Positions 1-12,427 of a DNA stretch of 64,000 nucleotides are shown here, one piece after another. The stretch covers positions 19,406,001 to 19,470,000 of the forward strand of contig OZ365118.1 of the NCBI GenBank assembly GCA_977030845.1, written 5' to 3'. The notes beneath the pieces were generated by a model. The model had not been told where the DNA came from. It ran no database searches and worked only from the letters and a program-made list of their open reading frames with translations. The DNA comes from Fimbriosthenelais zetlandica (Eukaryota). Position 1 is the stretch's first letter, and every line of letters begins with the position of its first letter. The position numbers and the translations under genes were made by a program.

Positions 1-398
1 CGTGAGTGACTGCTGTGACTGGACCGTCCGTGACTGCTACTCTGACTACATACGTCATCCATGCTGTCCTCCAGCCCCCGGGAGCCTAGGCCCCCACTCA
101 CGCCCCTAGTGGAGAGAAAAAGATTCATACTTTAGTACAGTGATAGGATAGAAAGTTTTAAGCACAGATTTAAGTATAAAGCAATGGCAATACATGTAAA
201 GCCATCAAATGAAATATATTGAAGTAGCTAATCATTCATAGAACAGATTCATTGAATCATACATTGATGTATCCATAATTACTCTGGCAAGCAGACCCTT
301 GAAAAGCAGTTGGACACATTGATGAACTTAAGATCAAGTCTTGATATAATGCTAAAGGGCTAGACGTTGATACCTTCAGTTTAGACTGTGCCCCAAAA

Positions 399-656
399 GG
401 ATTAATCAATGGATCCTTTACACAATGTATAAAATACCAGACCAGGGCGCCACCTCAGCTGCCCCTACAGCTCACAAGTTACCAGATGAGCCGATTGTGT
501 GTAATAATCTCTACTTTAGAGATTAGTAATCTGGATTAGAGGGAGTGGGGATGGTATCACATGTCATGGTTAAAACGTTAATCTCAGGACAAACATGGAT
601 TAACCATTATATCCGCTTATACTGGGGGGCTAGCCCCGCCATGGATGGCCAGATTA
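399..656. promoter_or_regulatory. Cluster of 8 TAATCY/RGATTA sites (K50 homeodomain type: Otx/Pitx/Gsc)
   Basis: GGATTA at 399, 533, 597; AGATTA at 520, 651; TAATCT at 505, 527, 579. Eight sites in about 260 bp. Factor assignment is by motif only. Confidence 0.35.
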
Positions 657-3600
657 AGCCCCACATAATGCCCGTGACATCCTCAAAGTGTGCCCAGTAA
701 AATATCCTACCAACATGAGATAAATTAACCCGCCCACAGACAAACATAGGGCCCATACATGCTAATTGCCATATTGCTGTGCCACCCCTCTCCTCCCATG
801 CTAACATGTAGCATCCTACCTCCGAACTAGATTACATAAGTGGCAAGAGTTGAGCCAATGAGAGATCAAATTCATCTCAACGGTCCATGCCAATTAATAA
901 CCAACCGATGGACAAATCCGACCTGTTTGTTCAAGCCTTAAGTATGGTCAAGTCTAATAATGATGGTCGAACCTATATCAATGGTCAATCCCATTAGGTC
1001 GGAGAAGTCTTATTGTTGCATGCATCTCTGCATTAGACGACATGTTAATGCTGACAACTCCTCAAAAAAAGTGACTTTTTGACCACTCGACTCTTTAGAA
1101 ATGCTAATGACAAGGTCCGATCTGTCGATAATGATTCCCTGTCAGACATGGCCGCCAAGAAAGGCAGATGAATGTTGACGTTGACACCTGTACATGACAC
1201 TTAGAGCGCGGAGTGAGGGGAGAGTGTCACTGTCACACCCCTATTGTTCTACCTTGATGGGTGGACACCTTGACAGGGTGTCTACCGCACGGAGAAAGGT
1301 GTCAGGAGATGTGCTAGTGATTAAGATCCCATTAATGTAAAAAATACACTCTAACCCCCGGTCATTTAGTGGTAAATTATAGGTGGGTCCGTGCCACGGA
1401 CAGCACCCTCACTGAATGTACTGAAAACCTCATATTATAGTAGAAAATGGACAAGATAATACTAACCAATGCCACAATTGTGCATGCAAATCATTTCTAC
1501 AATCTTAACCCGAGATTCTTTGGCAACTCTTGCAGAGATTTAATTATAATTGAGTCAAGAGTCTTTGCCATTCTAGCACCGACTCTTCGGCAAGTCCGGC
1601 CCATGCTGACTAGGATTCTCTCGGGGGTAAAATCCGCCTATTGTAAACTTTTAATGAAAAAGTCCCGAGGCAGCTCCCAAGTCAGACCTAATCCCCGCCC
1701 CCTGCTAAGTGGTCAGTCCCACCTGAAGTAAAGGTCCTTTTACTGTCCAGATCCCTCGGACACTGGTCACTAGATGGTCAGTAATAGCCAAGACACACTT
1801 CACATAGACGAGATGTGACCCCTTTACACCTTTCCACTCCAGATGTCCTGATCTAAGAAATCCAACCAAAATTGTTACTTTAAACTTCAAAAGGCTTATG
1901 TACATTTACAAAAGCGATTAGTCCCAAGGTCTGAATAGCATAGCATCTGTCTGCTATGGACAAATGTTTTGGTTTCATTACTGCTTACCTATGGCCATCC
2001 TATGCAAGTTGAAAATCTCTGGATTAGGAATAAATTTCAGCCAGTGCAAATCTTTCCTTCAATTGCATAATAGTTCATGAATTATATTGTATAAATTAAA
2101 TATCTATGCATACGCCACCGCTATCTGCATTCTAACCACCCATTTCAAAGGTTTATGAAATGCAGATATATGCGCTGATGGATTGAACAATGCATAGCGT
2201 CCTTCTTTTAAGGATATATTTTATGGAATGTCACAATGATAATGTATATTCAGCAGGTGCTTTCAGGGATTACGTCATGACGGTGGGTCAGATTGATGGC
2301 GGCTGTCAGTATTACATGGTAGCCTCGAGCATCTTAATGTCAGTCTCTAATCGTCACACAGACAAACGTTACCCTCACCCTCACAATGAGTCTCCCTTCT
2401 AACGGATTATGTAGGCTTAGTCCTGAGCTCTAGACGAAAAATATCCCCAGCCAGAATAAAAAAAACAACAAGCGGCCGTCCGTGGTCATAGCAGATTAAG
2501 AGATGCCACTCGGCTATTCTGACTTCTGGGTGTCACAAACATGTTTTGTTGTGACAAAAATGTCACATTTATATACAGTGACACCAGAGAAGGTCAACAA
2601 AAACAAACTGCTACAATGACACTTGATTATAGTGCTTATATCAAACCATCATTTCTCAATGAAATTATTTCATTAGTTCCCATGAAATATATTGCTATTA
2701 TAAGAGTTTGAAATGTATGACTTGAGGCATGATATTCTAAGACCTTTACCCGTACTAAGTCATATTGTGTAAAGTCAGTCCAATAGGTATAAATCAAAGT
2801 AAGTCATTAACTGACGATTTATGACTTATGACCTATACCCATGTAACTATTCTAGTACACAGTTGTAACAGACTCATTAAAAGCAAACAGGTCTAGCCAG
2901 GTATAGCCTGCTAATTTATCTATAACGCCAGCATCCCCCTACATAACTCTACATCAGCCGTGGGAACAAAAGGATCAAAGACACCGACAAATGTAGGATC
3001 AAAGAGTTAGTGGAGAAGGGGGGAGCCCCGCCACTTTCCACGATCCAAAAATTTGAATCTAGCCCCACCAACGACTGCTAAGCTTCCATCCATTTGTCAT
3101 CCAAACTGTACGCACTAATTTGTACACAGATGTGATGGTTAATAATTGTAAATGACCACCACGACATAACCAGTATGTGACATTATTACACAAAGAACAC
3201 ATCTGGGAGGTTTTACTATTGGTTCAACCAGTCCCTGACCCGTGAATGAGAATATCATTAAAACCAATTAAATGTGGGGTGAAATAGAGGAGAGGGAGAC
3301 CTGTGTATTACTCATTATGAAATATTATAAATTGGTGCTGTCATATGAGTCATAATAAGTGAGGTTGACATGGTGGGTAGGCGTATTAATGAAGGCTAAT
3401 TATCAACTATACCCCGGCTATATGATTACTAGAGGAATGTAGATACAGCTACCTTTATAATGTACTCGTATTAATGTATTAGCGGTGATTACATATAGGA
3501 TTGTTCATGATCATCATATAGGGCAGAAATGATCAATATGGCTTCCAAGTAACTTCCAAGAATAATCCATTTACCTTTAACTGGCGTTAGGATTATCCTT

Positions 3601-4223
3601 TAAATGAACATATCTTTATAGAGATAGAGAACAAATTTACAAATCGTGAATAAAAACGGCAGGTTTGTCTGTATGAAGGGCCCCAGTCAGACGTTGACAT
3701 TGTCAACACAGATCTGCCGTGCCCTCGTCAGTTTGCTGTGAGAGATTTAAGATGGGTTTTTTGTTTACTAGTAAACCTCTCACCGTCTCTGGTTGCTCGT
3801 CATATATAGAAGGCGTCTACGACCCCTGTCATAGTAAACAGTCGGGTTTCACATCTGTTTGTTATAGACAGTGATATGTATGCCCACAATCATCAGAAAC
3901 CCTCTTGAAGACGCCTAGAGGACGCCTGTGCTTTGCCTAGAGGAAAGCCCTTTAATTTCCTCACCACCTGAGCTGTGTCCACCTCAATGTCCACCTACAT
4001 CCACCTGACCTCATGGGTGAGATGGTAAAGCCAGGTCCGCCATGTTTGTACACCCCAAGTCGGTTGCCAAGGCATTTGTCAGCTGACCCTATTTCCAGCA
4101 AATAATCACTAGAATAGTAACAGTCCCCTCTCTATATACCCCTCCCCACCCCCGCCATCTTACCCTAACTTCACTCTTGAAGATGTTAAATCTTTAGAGA
4201 TCTCTTAAAGTGAAATACCCCTG

Positions 4224-4294
4224 ACTTCCGTTTCGGGATTCCCCTTTAGCTATGACATATCTCTCAGCAACATGGCGGAGTGTTGCCAAGTAAC
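4224..4294. promoter_or_regulatory. Composite motif module: ETS-like, kappaB, YY1-like, RFX X-box
   Basis: ACTTCCG at about 4224-4230; GGGATTCCCC 4235-4244; AACATGGCGG 4269-4278; GTTGCC-A-AGTAAC 4282-4294 (strict X-box). Confidence 0.4.
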
Positions 4295-5259
4295 AAATTA
4301 AAGGTAGAAGTAAACGTACCTGTGTAGGGCATGCCCGTGGAACTGAGCGAGTTCCCAGGGGCGATAGTTCATACCACTCAACATCTCTCTCACAGGGTGG
4401 AAACTTTGTTAATATAAATCCATTCCATGTTGGGTAAAGTAGAAGGTATAGGTACTCCGGTGAATGTTTTTGGCATGTGGTGTTGTAGGATGTGAGACAG
4501 TCGTGAGGTGAGCTTTTGTCAGCGTGTCAGTGTGGGTAGAGGGAGGGTATTAAGGTGCGTAATGGGGCAAGACAGGCCAAGTGGTGGTAGTGGTGGTCCG
4601 CTCCCCTGCCAGCCCCAGCCGCGAATGCCTTGATGAACGCTCGTATTTAGTGTCACAACCCACCGACCGTGTCGCTAGGGCAAAACTAGGGGGGATGAGC
4701 AGGGGTAAGACAAGTGGCAGTATCTCTAAAAATAGGGATTTAATTAAAATTTGAGGTTCTAGTTAAAGAACAAGGCCCCCTCAAGGAAAAATCACTTAGA
4801 GATTTAAAATATTTTCCACTGTATTTTTTGGGATATCTTTGTGATTATCACCCCTTTTCACCAGACTGTCCCAGAAAGATACACCTCTAAACTTTGATAG
4901 ATTTAATAGGTTTCTTCATTGGAAGACTGAATTAAAATGTTTCCCTAATCTGGGAAAAGATCTAGGAACCCAATAAGACATGACAAAGTGTCCCCCTACC
5001 ACTAAACCACCTGTACCTCACCCCAACAACAACAGGTTCAATATCTCCTCACCCTACAAGCAGGATCCTAACCGCGATCTCTCCCCCACCTCCTCTAGTG
5101 CACCTATGACATGTTGTTTTTTTGGTGATATGTAGAGAACATTAGATAGCTGGTCAGGGTTAGACCACGAAGTGGGCTACCCTAGCACGGTGCCCCGGGG
5201 GTGTACAGTTCTCACTTTGTCCTGGATCGTCAATAGTGAAGATGATTTAGCCATCACCC

Positions 5260-5301
5260 CCACTCCCACAAACCTCACCTCCACTCCCACACACCTCACC
5301 T
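5260..5301 (+). repeat. 21-bp tandem duplication
   Basis: CCACTCCCACAAACCTCACCT followed by CCACTCCCACACACCTCACCT (1 mismatch). Confidence 0.85.
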
Positions 5302-6132
5302 ACTGAGACTATTTCGTTCTTCATGCTCCACAGAACACCCCTATTGTTAGTGGCCGACCCTAGCATACCTTGCCTCTAGCCTCTACCTTCTAATTTACCC
5401 CATCTTGGGGGGTTACTCCCATATGCCTCATGTTCAGGTATGACAGTGCTATTGGCCTCTATTTTTCTTGGGATATCCAAGCTTAAGTTGGTCTTATTGA
5501 CCATGTAACAATGTTATTCCATCATGCCAACATTTGACACTGAAGGAAATGGCCCATAATTTCTGATTTATTAGTGAAAAAAACAGAATTTCAAGAATTT
5601 CCCAGGGTACCTTTAGCAGATATGTGGAATATCTAAATGTTTTTGACGGAGATGGAAATATAGGAGGTTTGCCAGAAGAAAATTACAGAGCACTGAAATA
5701 TCTAAGAGGATTTTCCTCATATGCAACTTAAGCCCTGAAGTTGCCCCCTCTGTCTCCCCTCTCCCACATAGCCAGGGTACTGGGTAATCGTCCCGTCCAC
5801 CCCTCCCCCTACCTGATCAAGCCTGATTGTCCACAATTAAAATGTTGAAGAATGTAGGGTAATTTATTGGTCTGGATTCAGGGGCTGAGGGCTGTGAGAA
5901 TAATGGTGCACACACCTGCTATATTCCGGGCTGTAAGTAGCTATATATCATACCTCCTCTACTCATATTGCTCATCAAACCTTCTATTATCAAACTTTAT
6001 GTATATATTCCAGAGTTAATTAAGCGTGCACATCATTAAAAGTCAAGAGAAATGAACGCCTTGGTCAAATATACACGAGAAGTGATCATTATACCCCAAT
6101 ATGCAATAACGCCTGTTTATTTTAAGGTTAAA

Positions 6133-6221
6133 TTGGGAAAAGGTTGGGGTATAATTTGGGGAAAGTTGGGGTTTGATTTGGGGAGAAGTTGGGGTCAAAT
6201 CTGGGGGAAAAGTTGGGGTTC
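6133..6221 (+). repeat. G-rich minisatellite, about 22-bp unit x4, G-quadruplex prone
   Basis: Approximate unit TTTGGGG(A/G)AAAGTTGGGGT repeated four times, giving 8 G-tracts. It explains the W/G-rich ORF 6052-6237. Confidence 0.85.
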
Positions 6222-8235
6222 TTTTCCATTAGTTTAACCAATCCAACTAGTAGTACTGTTGACATTGATTGTTGATTTATATTTATCAGCATCGTATTAA
6301 TATTTGTTTAATATCATATGAAGACTAAATCAGAAAGTCTACCTGACGTATAAGAGCATGTATTATTCAGCAGAGCTTTGTTTAAGTCAGCAGGGTTTCT
6401 ATCACTTACACCCTGTCTGATTGCTGTCACCATGTCCTATACACTAATTCGCTTGTCTCTACCCACTCAAGGTCCGAGATATTACCATAGCAAGCATTCA
6501 GCATTGTAACTGGCACATTTAGAAATCTATACAAGCTCCACGGGAGGTACAAACATTAGTACATCTAGATTTCTACATCCGGGCATTAGGTATGGAGTAA
6601 GTCATTGTCATTGACCTATGTGATGCCCCCCGACTCTTCCCATTGTTCTATACCATCTTTAGGGCTGTATTAATGGCCTGGAATATTTGGGTTGGGTGGA
6701 CGGAACTTTCAGGGTTACCTTCTGATGGTTGTACATATTAGGGTTACCATTTGTGTTCATTAGAACGCGTGTGGCTGATTAATAGTTATTTTATTGGGAT
6801 ACCTGTAGAAGGTGCATAGCTTGCCCCGGGCCCTTTCGGCACTAGATATCCTAAAATAATCACCTTGTTTTGTATTGGTAAAATACTTCCCTAGCGGGGG
6901 CGGGGAAGGATGCCGGAGAGAAAAAAGAAAGTGGACACCTGAGTCCCATAAAAAGGTTAGCCTCAGCCTCATATTCATGTCGAGCTGTTGACTCTGGGTG
7001 CGACCAGGCGTGAAGGATGAGGATAGCTTAGTACCTTCACTTTACTTAAACTTGAAGTTAGATTTCCCCAGCAACAGGCATTCTGTGAGTGGTGAGAGGG
7101 TGGTTAATTTGGATGGAGTAGATTGTATATACAAGTGTCCATACTTGTCTACATGTTACGCCTGTCCCATGCACCACTTGGTACATTCAGTCACCACTGA
7201 GTTATGGACACTCACTACTTGAGTCATTAAAACCTGGAGTGAAATTCACCACCACTGGGGGCAGGGATCCCAGAGCGGGGAGGTGCAGACAAATTACACC
7301 CAAATCCACCACAACTTTATCCCTATTCCAACTCAATTATTTCAATTATTTCAATTGAAAGGCTGAGGAAATTATACATAGGGGAAAGTAGAAGCTTGGG
7401 AATAATAAACTTAAGCCAATTTTAAACCTATTCAATATGGATACCACACAGGGAATAAGTTTATACAAGTTGGGATCCAATTTCTAAACCATTCCAACGT
7501 CCGTAACACCTTAGCTTTGGACATTAGCACTTCCCAAGGGCCCGGGACAGTAGAGAGAATGAGATATAAAGCTAACCCATCTCCTCTATATGAAAGCACC
7601 TGCATCGTTTCATCTCGTTGCATCATTTAATTCCCCAAACATTCTAAAGCAACCTTTGACCATTTCAAAATTTCCAGGCCGGCAATTTGTAATGGTTTGT
7701 GAATTAGTGAGGTTACAAAGGGCCGTGTGGATGGGGTGTGGAGGCGGCGAGAGGGGCGGGGAATCATCAGTGGATTGGGGAGGTAAAGCAAGACGGTTTT
7801 GGATCAGGTGAATGGAATAGAGGACTAGAGATCACACCTCTATTGTAGGGCGAGGTGTGGGATAAGCAATCCACCCCATCCCTCTTCACTCCTGGTCAGT
7901 ATGAGCCCGGCTATAGAGGTGTTTATTAGACACCTTATACATCCCCCACCTGAAACACCAAGTCCCCACTACAAGATTACATCATCTCTACCTCACCAAG
8001 CCACTGTCTCTCTACGGGAGTCCATCAAAAGCTCAACACACCTACAGGGACTTGGTAAGAAAAGGACAAAATTGAATCTCAGTGGCCCTTTGACAATCGC
8101 GAGTATTCAATGAATTTCGCATCTCTTGGGTAACTATCGGGGATTAGCCTGGTGGATTGTCCCTGGTCCTTGTTCAATTACAAGCCTATAACACACGGTG
8201 TACCTCACCCCCTCCCGAGCTGATCAAGACAAGGT

Positions 8236-8248
8236 GTTGCCAGGCAAC
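8236..8248. promoter_or_regulatory. RFX X-box
   Basis: GTTGCC-A-GGCAAC, a perfect inverted pair of half-sites. Confidence 0.55.
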
Positions 8249-8701
8249 CGAAATACCTTAAAATACCAGCAAATAATACATTTATAAACCAGGGCGGATT
8301 CAATAAAATCTCATTAGAGTAGCCTACTATATCCCCAATACATTTAGTTAAAGCATCTTATTTGTTTCCCTTTGATCAATATGTTAATATATAGTATCCG
8401 TTAAAGTATAATATACTTGATATAAGATTAAATAATATATACTTTATATGAAGACCAGACCTTCTCTGCAGAGTAACATGAATGACTAACAATATCAATA
8501 TGTTTCTAGTATCAAGGACATCTGACTACCATTAACTCATAACACTTGTGAAGGTATTCTTCAGGTGTACCCTATACCTATTCCATATGAGCATATGAAC
8601 ATTAAAATATGATTAGTCTTCATTATAGCGAGTCGTTGGTCACACTGGGCGATCACAAGCCCCTCTTGTCCAGGTGCCTCTGTGAAGAGGTTCGGTTCCA
8701 A

Positions 8702-8715
8702 GTCTCCAAGGCAAC
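8702..8715. promoter_or_regulatory. RFX X-box-like site
   Basis: GTCTCC-AA-GGCAAC: one perfect and one degenerate half-site. Confidence 0.35.
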
Positions 8716-10390
8716 CGCTCAGCAGCTGTGTGTGATTTCAACCACCGCTGATGTCCCCGTATAACTCCAGATGGCGCGGCAGTGCCGCTCACTCACTGAA
8801 CCCCATTGGGGCAAGTCTTGGCTGGTCTCAATGGGAAAACTATAGAGTACAGTTTTAATGGGAAATCTGGCTTAAGAGTTTCATATTTATGAGGAAATCT
8901 TCAGATTTTCATAGATGGAGGGTCGACGACCCAGCAACGACCAAGAGCCTTTTGGGATTGATTCTTGGGCAATTCTTTACATATTCTGAGAAATATGGCT
9001 CCCAAAACAGACTTAGTTTATCAGACTAAGTTTCAATATGTTTCCAAGTATTGCTGACCTTGGTATTTTACCAAAGAACCCCACCCAGTACTCAATGTGA
9101 TATAAATCACTGTAGTATTTGACCTGAGAACTCTGCTATTCAGCGCCCTGACAGCCTGTCCTCCGTGGACCCGCATGGTCAAATCTAGATCTAACCCTGC
9201 ACCATCAAACCCTCATCATAGTCACAATCCGCGGAGATTGGGTAAGAATGCCTGTACTAATTCAGCCGACGCCTCGAGGTGGCGCTCTGAATCTACCCCC
9301 ACTCAGTGCTTTAAATCACATTACGGAGGGAGGCCACTGCCCGATCCAGCAGAAAACGACCCAGAACTGGGACCATTGTCATCCACAGATGAGCTGGTGA
9401 TGGGGCTGATGAGAGGGTGGCATTCATGGGAAAACATAACTGATTACCTTCTCTTATCATCCCATTACAATCTCTATACCATTGTACTGCCCATTACTAG
9501 CATTAAATCTGGATAATCCCCCATTAATATTACCAGTGGCATTGAATCCCCATCACAGTCCATTCACTCCTACCTTTGATAACCCATTGGGTTTCCCATC
9601 CATGGGAACATGTCTCAACTATCATGTGAAAGTCCATGCTATATTAATAAGCACCACTTGTCCTTTTCCCCTGAGGACTGGCCATCCAGTCTCTAACCGC
9701 CCCCTCCCCCGACCCACTCGTTTGAAGTGTCCAGCCGAAGAAAGTGTCCTAAAGCAAATAGAATACATAACCTGACGACCCCCTTCTGCTTCTTACAGCC
9801 CCGACTGTTTAGCCAAAACAAAATCCTACACGACCTTTGTAACCAGACACCCGGCATCCCAACCCTCAAAGCCCCGTTGGATTAATTCCAAACTCAGCGC
9901 CCCTTACGGCTACAAGATAAAAGACGAACAGAGCGAGAACTGACAGCAAGACGTATGTCCCTGTGTACCGAGTTTTAAGACATCCCCCAAACGTATCAGA
10001 TGAACCTTTGGGAATCGGTGAGAAACCTTAGATTAGAATCCATTAGTGAGGTATGGATTTTACCTGGGACATTAAGGCGGGGGTGTGGGAGCTCCCCTTA
10101 AAGGTGAACTGTCCACTACCACTGAGCTAATCACGCCGACCACTAATGGAATCAAAAGGCGTTAATAAGCATTATCTGGTGGGCTAAAGGGAAGACCCAC
10201 ACAACCCGACCCAGGGGCGAATCTTTACAATAAAACAATACCCAGGCCTAGACCAGAGTCTGGGTGGGTGATTGGATTCACCCCCAGGTATGTTGATAGA
10301 TAATTAAAGAGCGTGTGAGGTAATTAGTTAGACTAAACGACGAGAATACACATCTAACCCGGGTAGAACCCTGAATATACCCACCAACAA

Positions 10391-10442
10391 TGATCCCCCA
10401 TACCCACCCATCATCCCGCTGATCCCCCATACCCAGCCATCA
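10391..10442 (+). repeat. 29-bp-period duplication
   Basis: TGATCCCCCATACCCA(C/G)CCATCA at 10391 and 10420. Confidence 0.85.
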
Positions 10443-10494
10443 ACCCCCACCAACCAGCCCTGATAGAAGCTCGATCCCTGATTACATTGAGAGA

Positions 10495-10843
10495 ATCAAT
10501 CACTGACTAGCACACTCCACTGATTGAGATCATCGATCTGATCAATTCTCTAACTCATAAAGGGCAGGAAATGATCAATACCTGGGCAGACTGGTAAAAA
10601 GTTTATTGTTTCAGTAGGTAAAGAGTAACCTACTCGTCTAATCTCAAGTACAGGGCTCTTGTAGTTGAATCTATCAATGGGTTATAAAACTCATAGGGGT
10701 AGATCAATACTTGGGTTTGCATATCTCTTCAATAAGGGTCATATCTCAGAGATTACCCAAATGTGGATTGGATTCAAAGCTTGATATCACTTTGGGGCCG
10801 TCTCTTTGATCTTGTGACAAGAAACACTATGGCTAGCATTGAT
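10495..10843. promoter_or_regulatory. Cluster of ATCAAT/ATCGAT sites (Onecut/Cux type)
   Basis: ATCAAT at 10495, 10541, 10574, 10673, 10703; ATCGAT at 10532; ATTGAT at 10838. Confidence 0.3.
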
Positions 10844-10996
10844 CTTAGTATTAATAGAGTTGAGATTTGGGTGCTAAGTGATTTGGGTGCTAAGTTGCCC
10901 TAAAATTGAATAAAAAGATGGAAATGACAAAATACTCACTCATTGCTGAAGGGGGAGAGACTGGGAGATATCCTGGGTGTGTGATCTACCTTAGCT

Positions 10997-11037
10997 TTCA
11001 CCATGGTAACAGGTGATCCAATCAACAGGTGATCCAA
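10997..11037. promoter_or_regulatory. X-box-like site next to a duplicated AACAGGTGATCCAA (E-box)
   Basis: TTCACCATGGTAAC 10997-11010; AACAGGTGATCCAA at 11008 and 11024. Confidence 0.35.
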
Positions 11038-11888
11038 ACAAGACTAGTCCTCTCTGTATAAACCACCAGCATTACTTCCCTCTGATTCTCTCTATGATTA
11101 CTGATCACTGATAGAGAATCACACCTGATCAAGATTGATGAAGCTTCAAGTGAGAGGTAGTGTCATAGACTACCAGCACATACAGCTTATCTACTAGTTC
11201 CACTGTGCGCCTTGTACCATACTCCGTCTATGACCAGTCAGGCTGGTAGTCCATCCCAGTGTCTCAGTGATGAATGGTACACAACACGGCAGAAGCAACT
11301 GTCCAGTCTTTGTCCACACAAAAAATGACCAATGGTTAAAGACACATGTAGGAGATGTTCACTGGATGAGAGGAGGGGTGAGAGTGAGTGATGAGTGAAG
11401 TGAGTGACTGGTATATCCTGAGTTATCCTGGATAACTATAACATCTCCACCTAGCATGGAGGGTCTGAGAGGTAGAGATGTAGACTGGTGCGACCTCCCA
11501 CTACCAGCATCCACTCACATCAAAAACCACCTACTGACCACGTCACTCACTCCCTGACGACAGCCAATCACAGAGCTCCGTCATTCAGGTGCTTCACCAC
11601 CCAGCGTCCCAGGCTGAGGACAGTGGATGCACTCACATGGAACGCTGGGTGGATGAGGGAGGCTGGGTGGGTGGAGGGTGCATGGACGGAGGCTGGAGAG
11701 AGGGATGCTGGCAGTAGCAATGACAATTCACATTAAAAATGGGGTAAATTCATTGAAAAACCCAATATGGATGATTTCTCACAGAATTTTCTAAAGAAAA
11801 GATTGGGATTAAAAAATGTGAATGTTTTATTCAAACTGGCAGATGATGCTATTTGAAGCATGACAGCCATCTCACCAGAAGCTGAGTG

Positions 11889-11948
11889 ATTGCCATGGTA
11901 ACTCCTCCCACTCGTGACGTCAGTGGCCGGGTTCTGGCCTGTGATTGG
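11889..11948. promoter_or_regulatory. X-box + CRE + CCAAT module
   Basis: ATTGCCATGGTAAC 11889-11902; TGACGTCA 11915-11922; ATTGG 11944-11948. Confidence 0.45.
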
Positions 11949-12400
11949 TTGTCTGTGAGGTTGTCACAGATGCAGGTCCAGAGGCTCTGATAACGGGTCT
12001 AGTATGTACAAGTGTCCCTGTGACTATCTCTAAAAGCCCTCAAGACCAAGTCAAAGTCCACCACTATCACACACTGAACCCGTTAGAGCTGTATTCCCTC
12101 TACCCCCTCTACCCTCCACTGTTTGATCGTCCGACTATAATATCATTTTCCTGGAGGGGATATGTCAATATTAAACACAGAGGGAGAGTTCAGAGGGCAA
12201 GCACGTAGAGAAAACTTAAAACATCTGCCCCCTATAACCCACGGGCAGGTGGGGGGATCGGGGGCTGGGAGGATCCTTTTAGGGGAAGATGTGTGTTGAA
12301 ATACTTGAGTGGTTGAGGTGGCGTGTGGCCGGGTAAAATCATCCCCATGATGAATACCAACTTTCACTCTACCTGAAGCATGTACTCACGCATCATGCCA

Positions 12401-12427
12401 CCCCCACCCCCGCCCCCACCCCCACCC
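12401..12427 (-). repeat. C-run repeat (approx. CCCCCA units), G4 on the minus strand
   Basis: Four C5 runs plus a C3 run separated by single bases. Confidence 0.8.

Noticed and set aside
76-110. Helitron 3' end (GC hairpin then CTAG-T)
   Set aside because: The hairpin is imperfect, and no second copy or 5' end is identifiable.
5606-5731. Exon with EF-hand-like VFDGDGNIG
   Set aside because: Loop spacing does not fit the EF-hand pattern, and a 41-codon open frame is expected by chance.
9406-9436. Hammerhead ribozyme core (CTGATGA ... GAAA)
   Set aside because: No stem II with the required closing pair; other CTGANGA sites lack a suitably placed GAAA.
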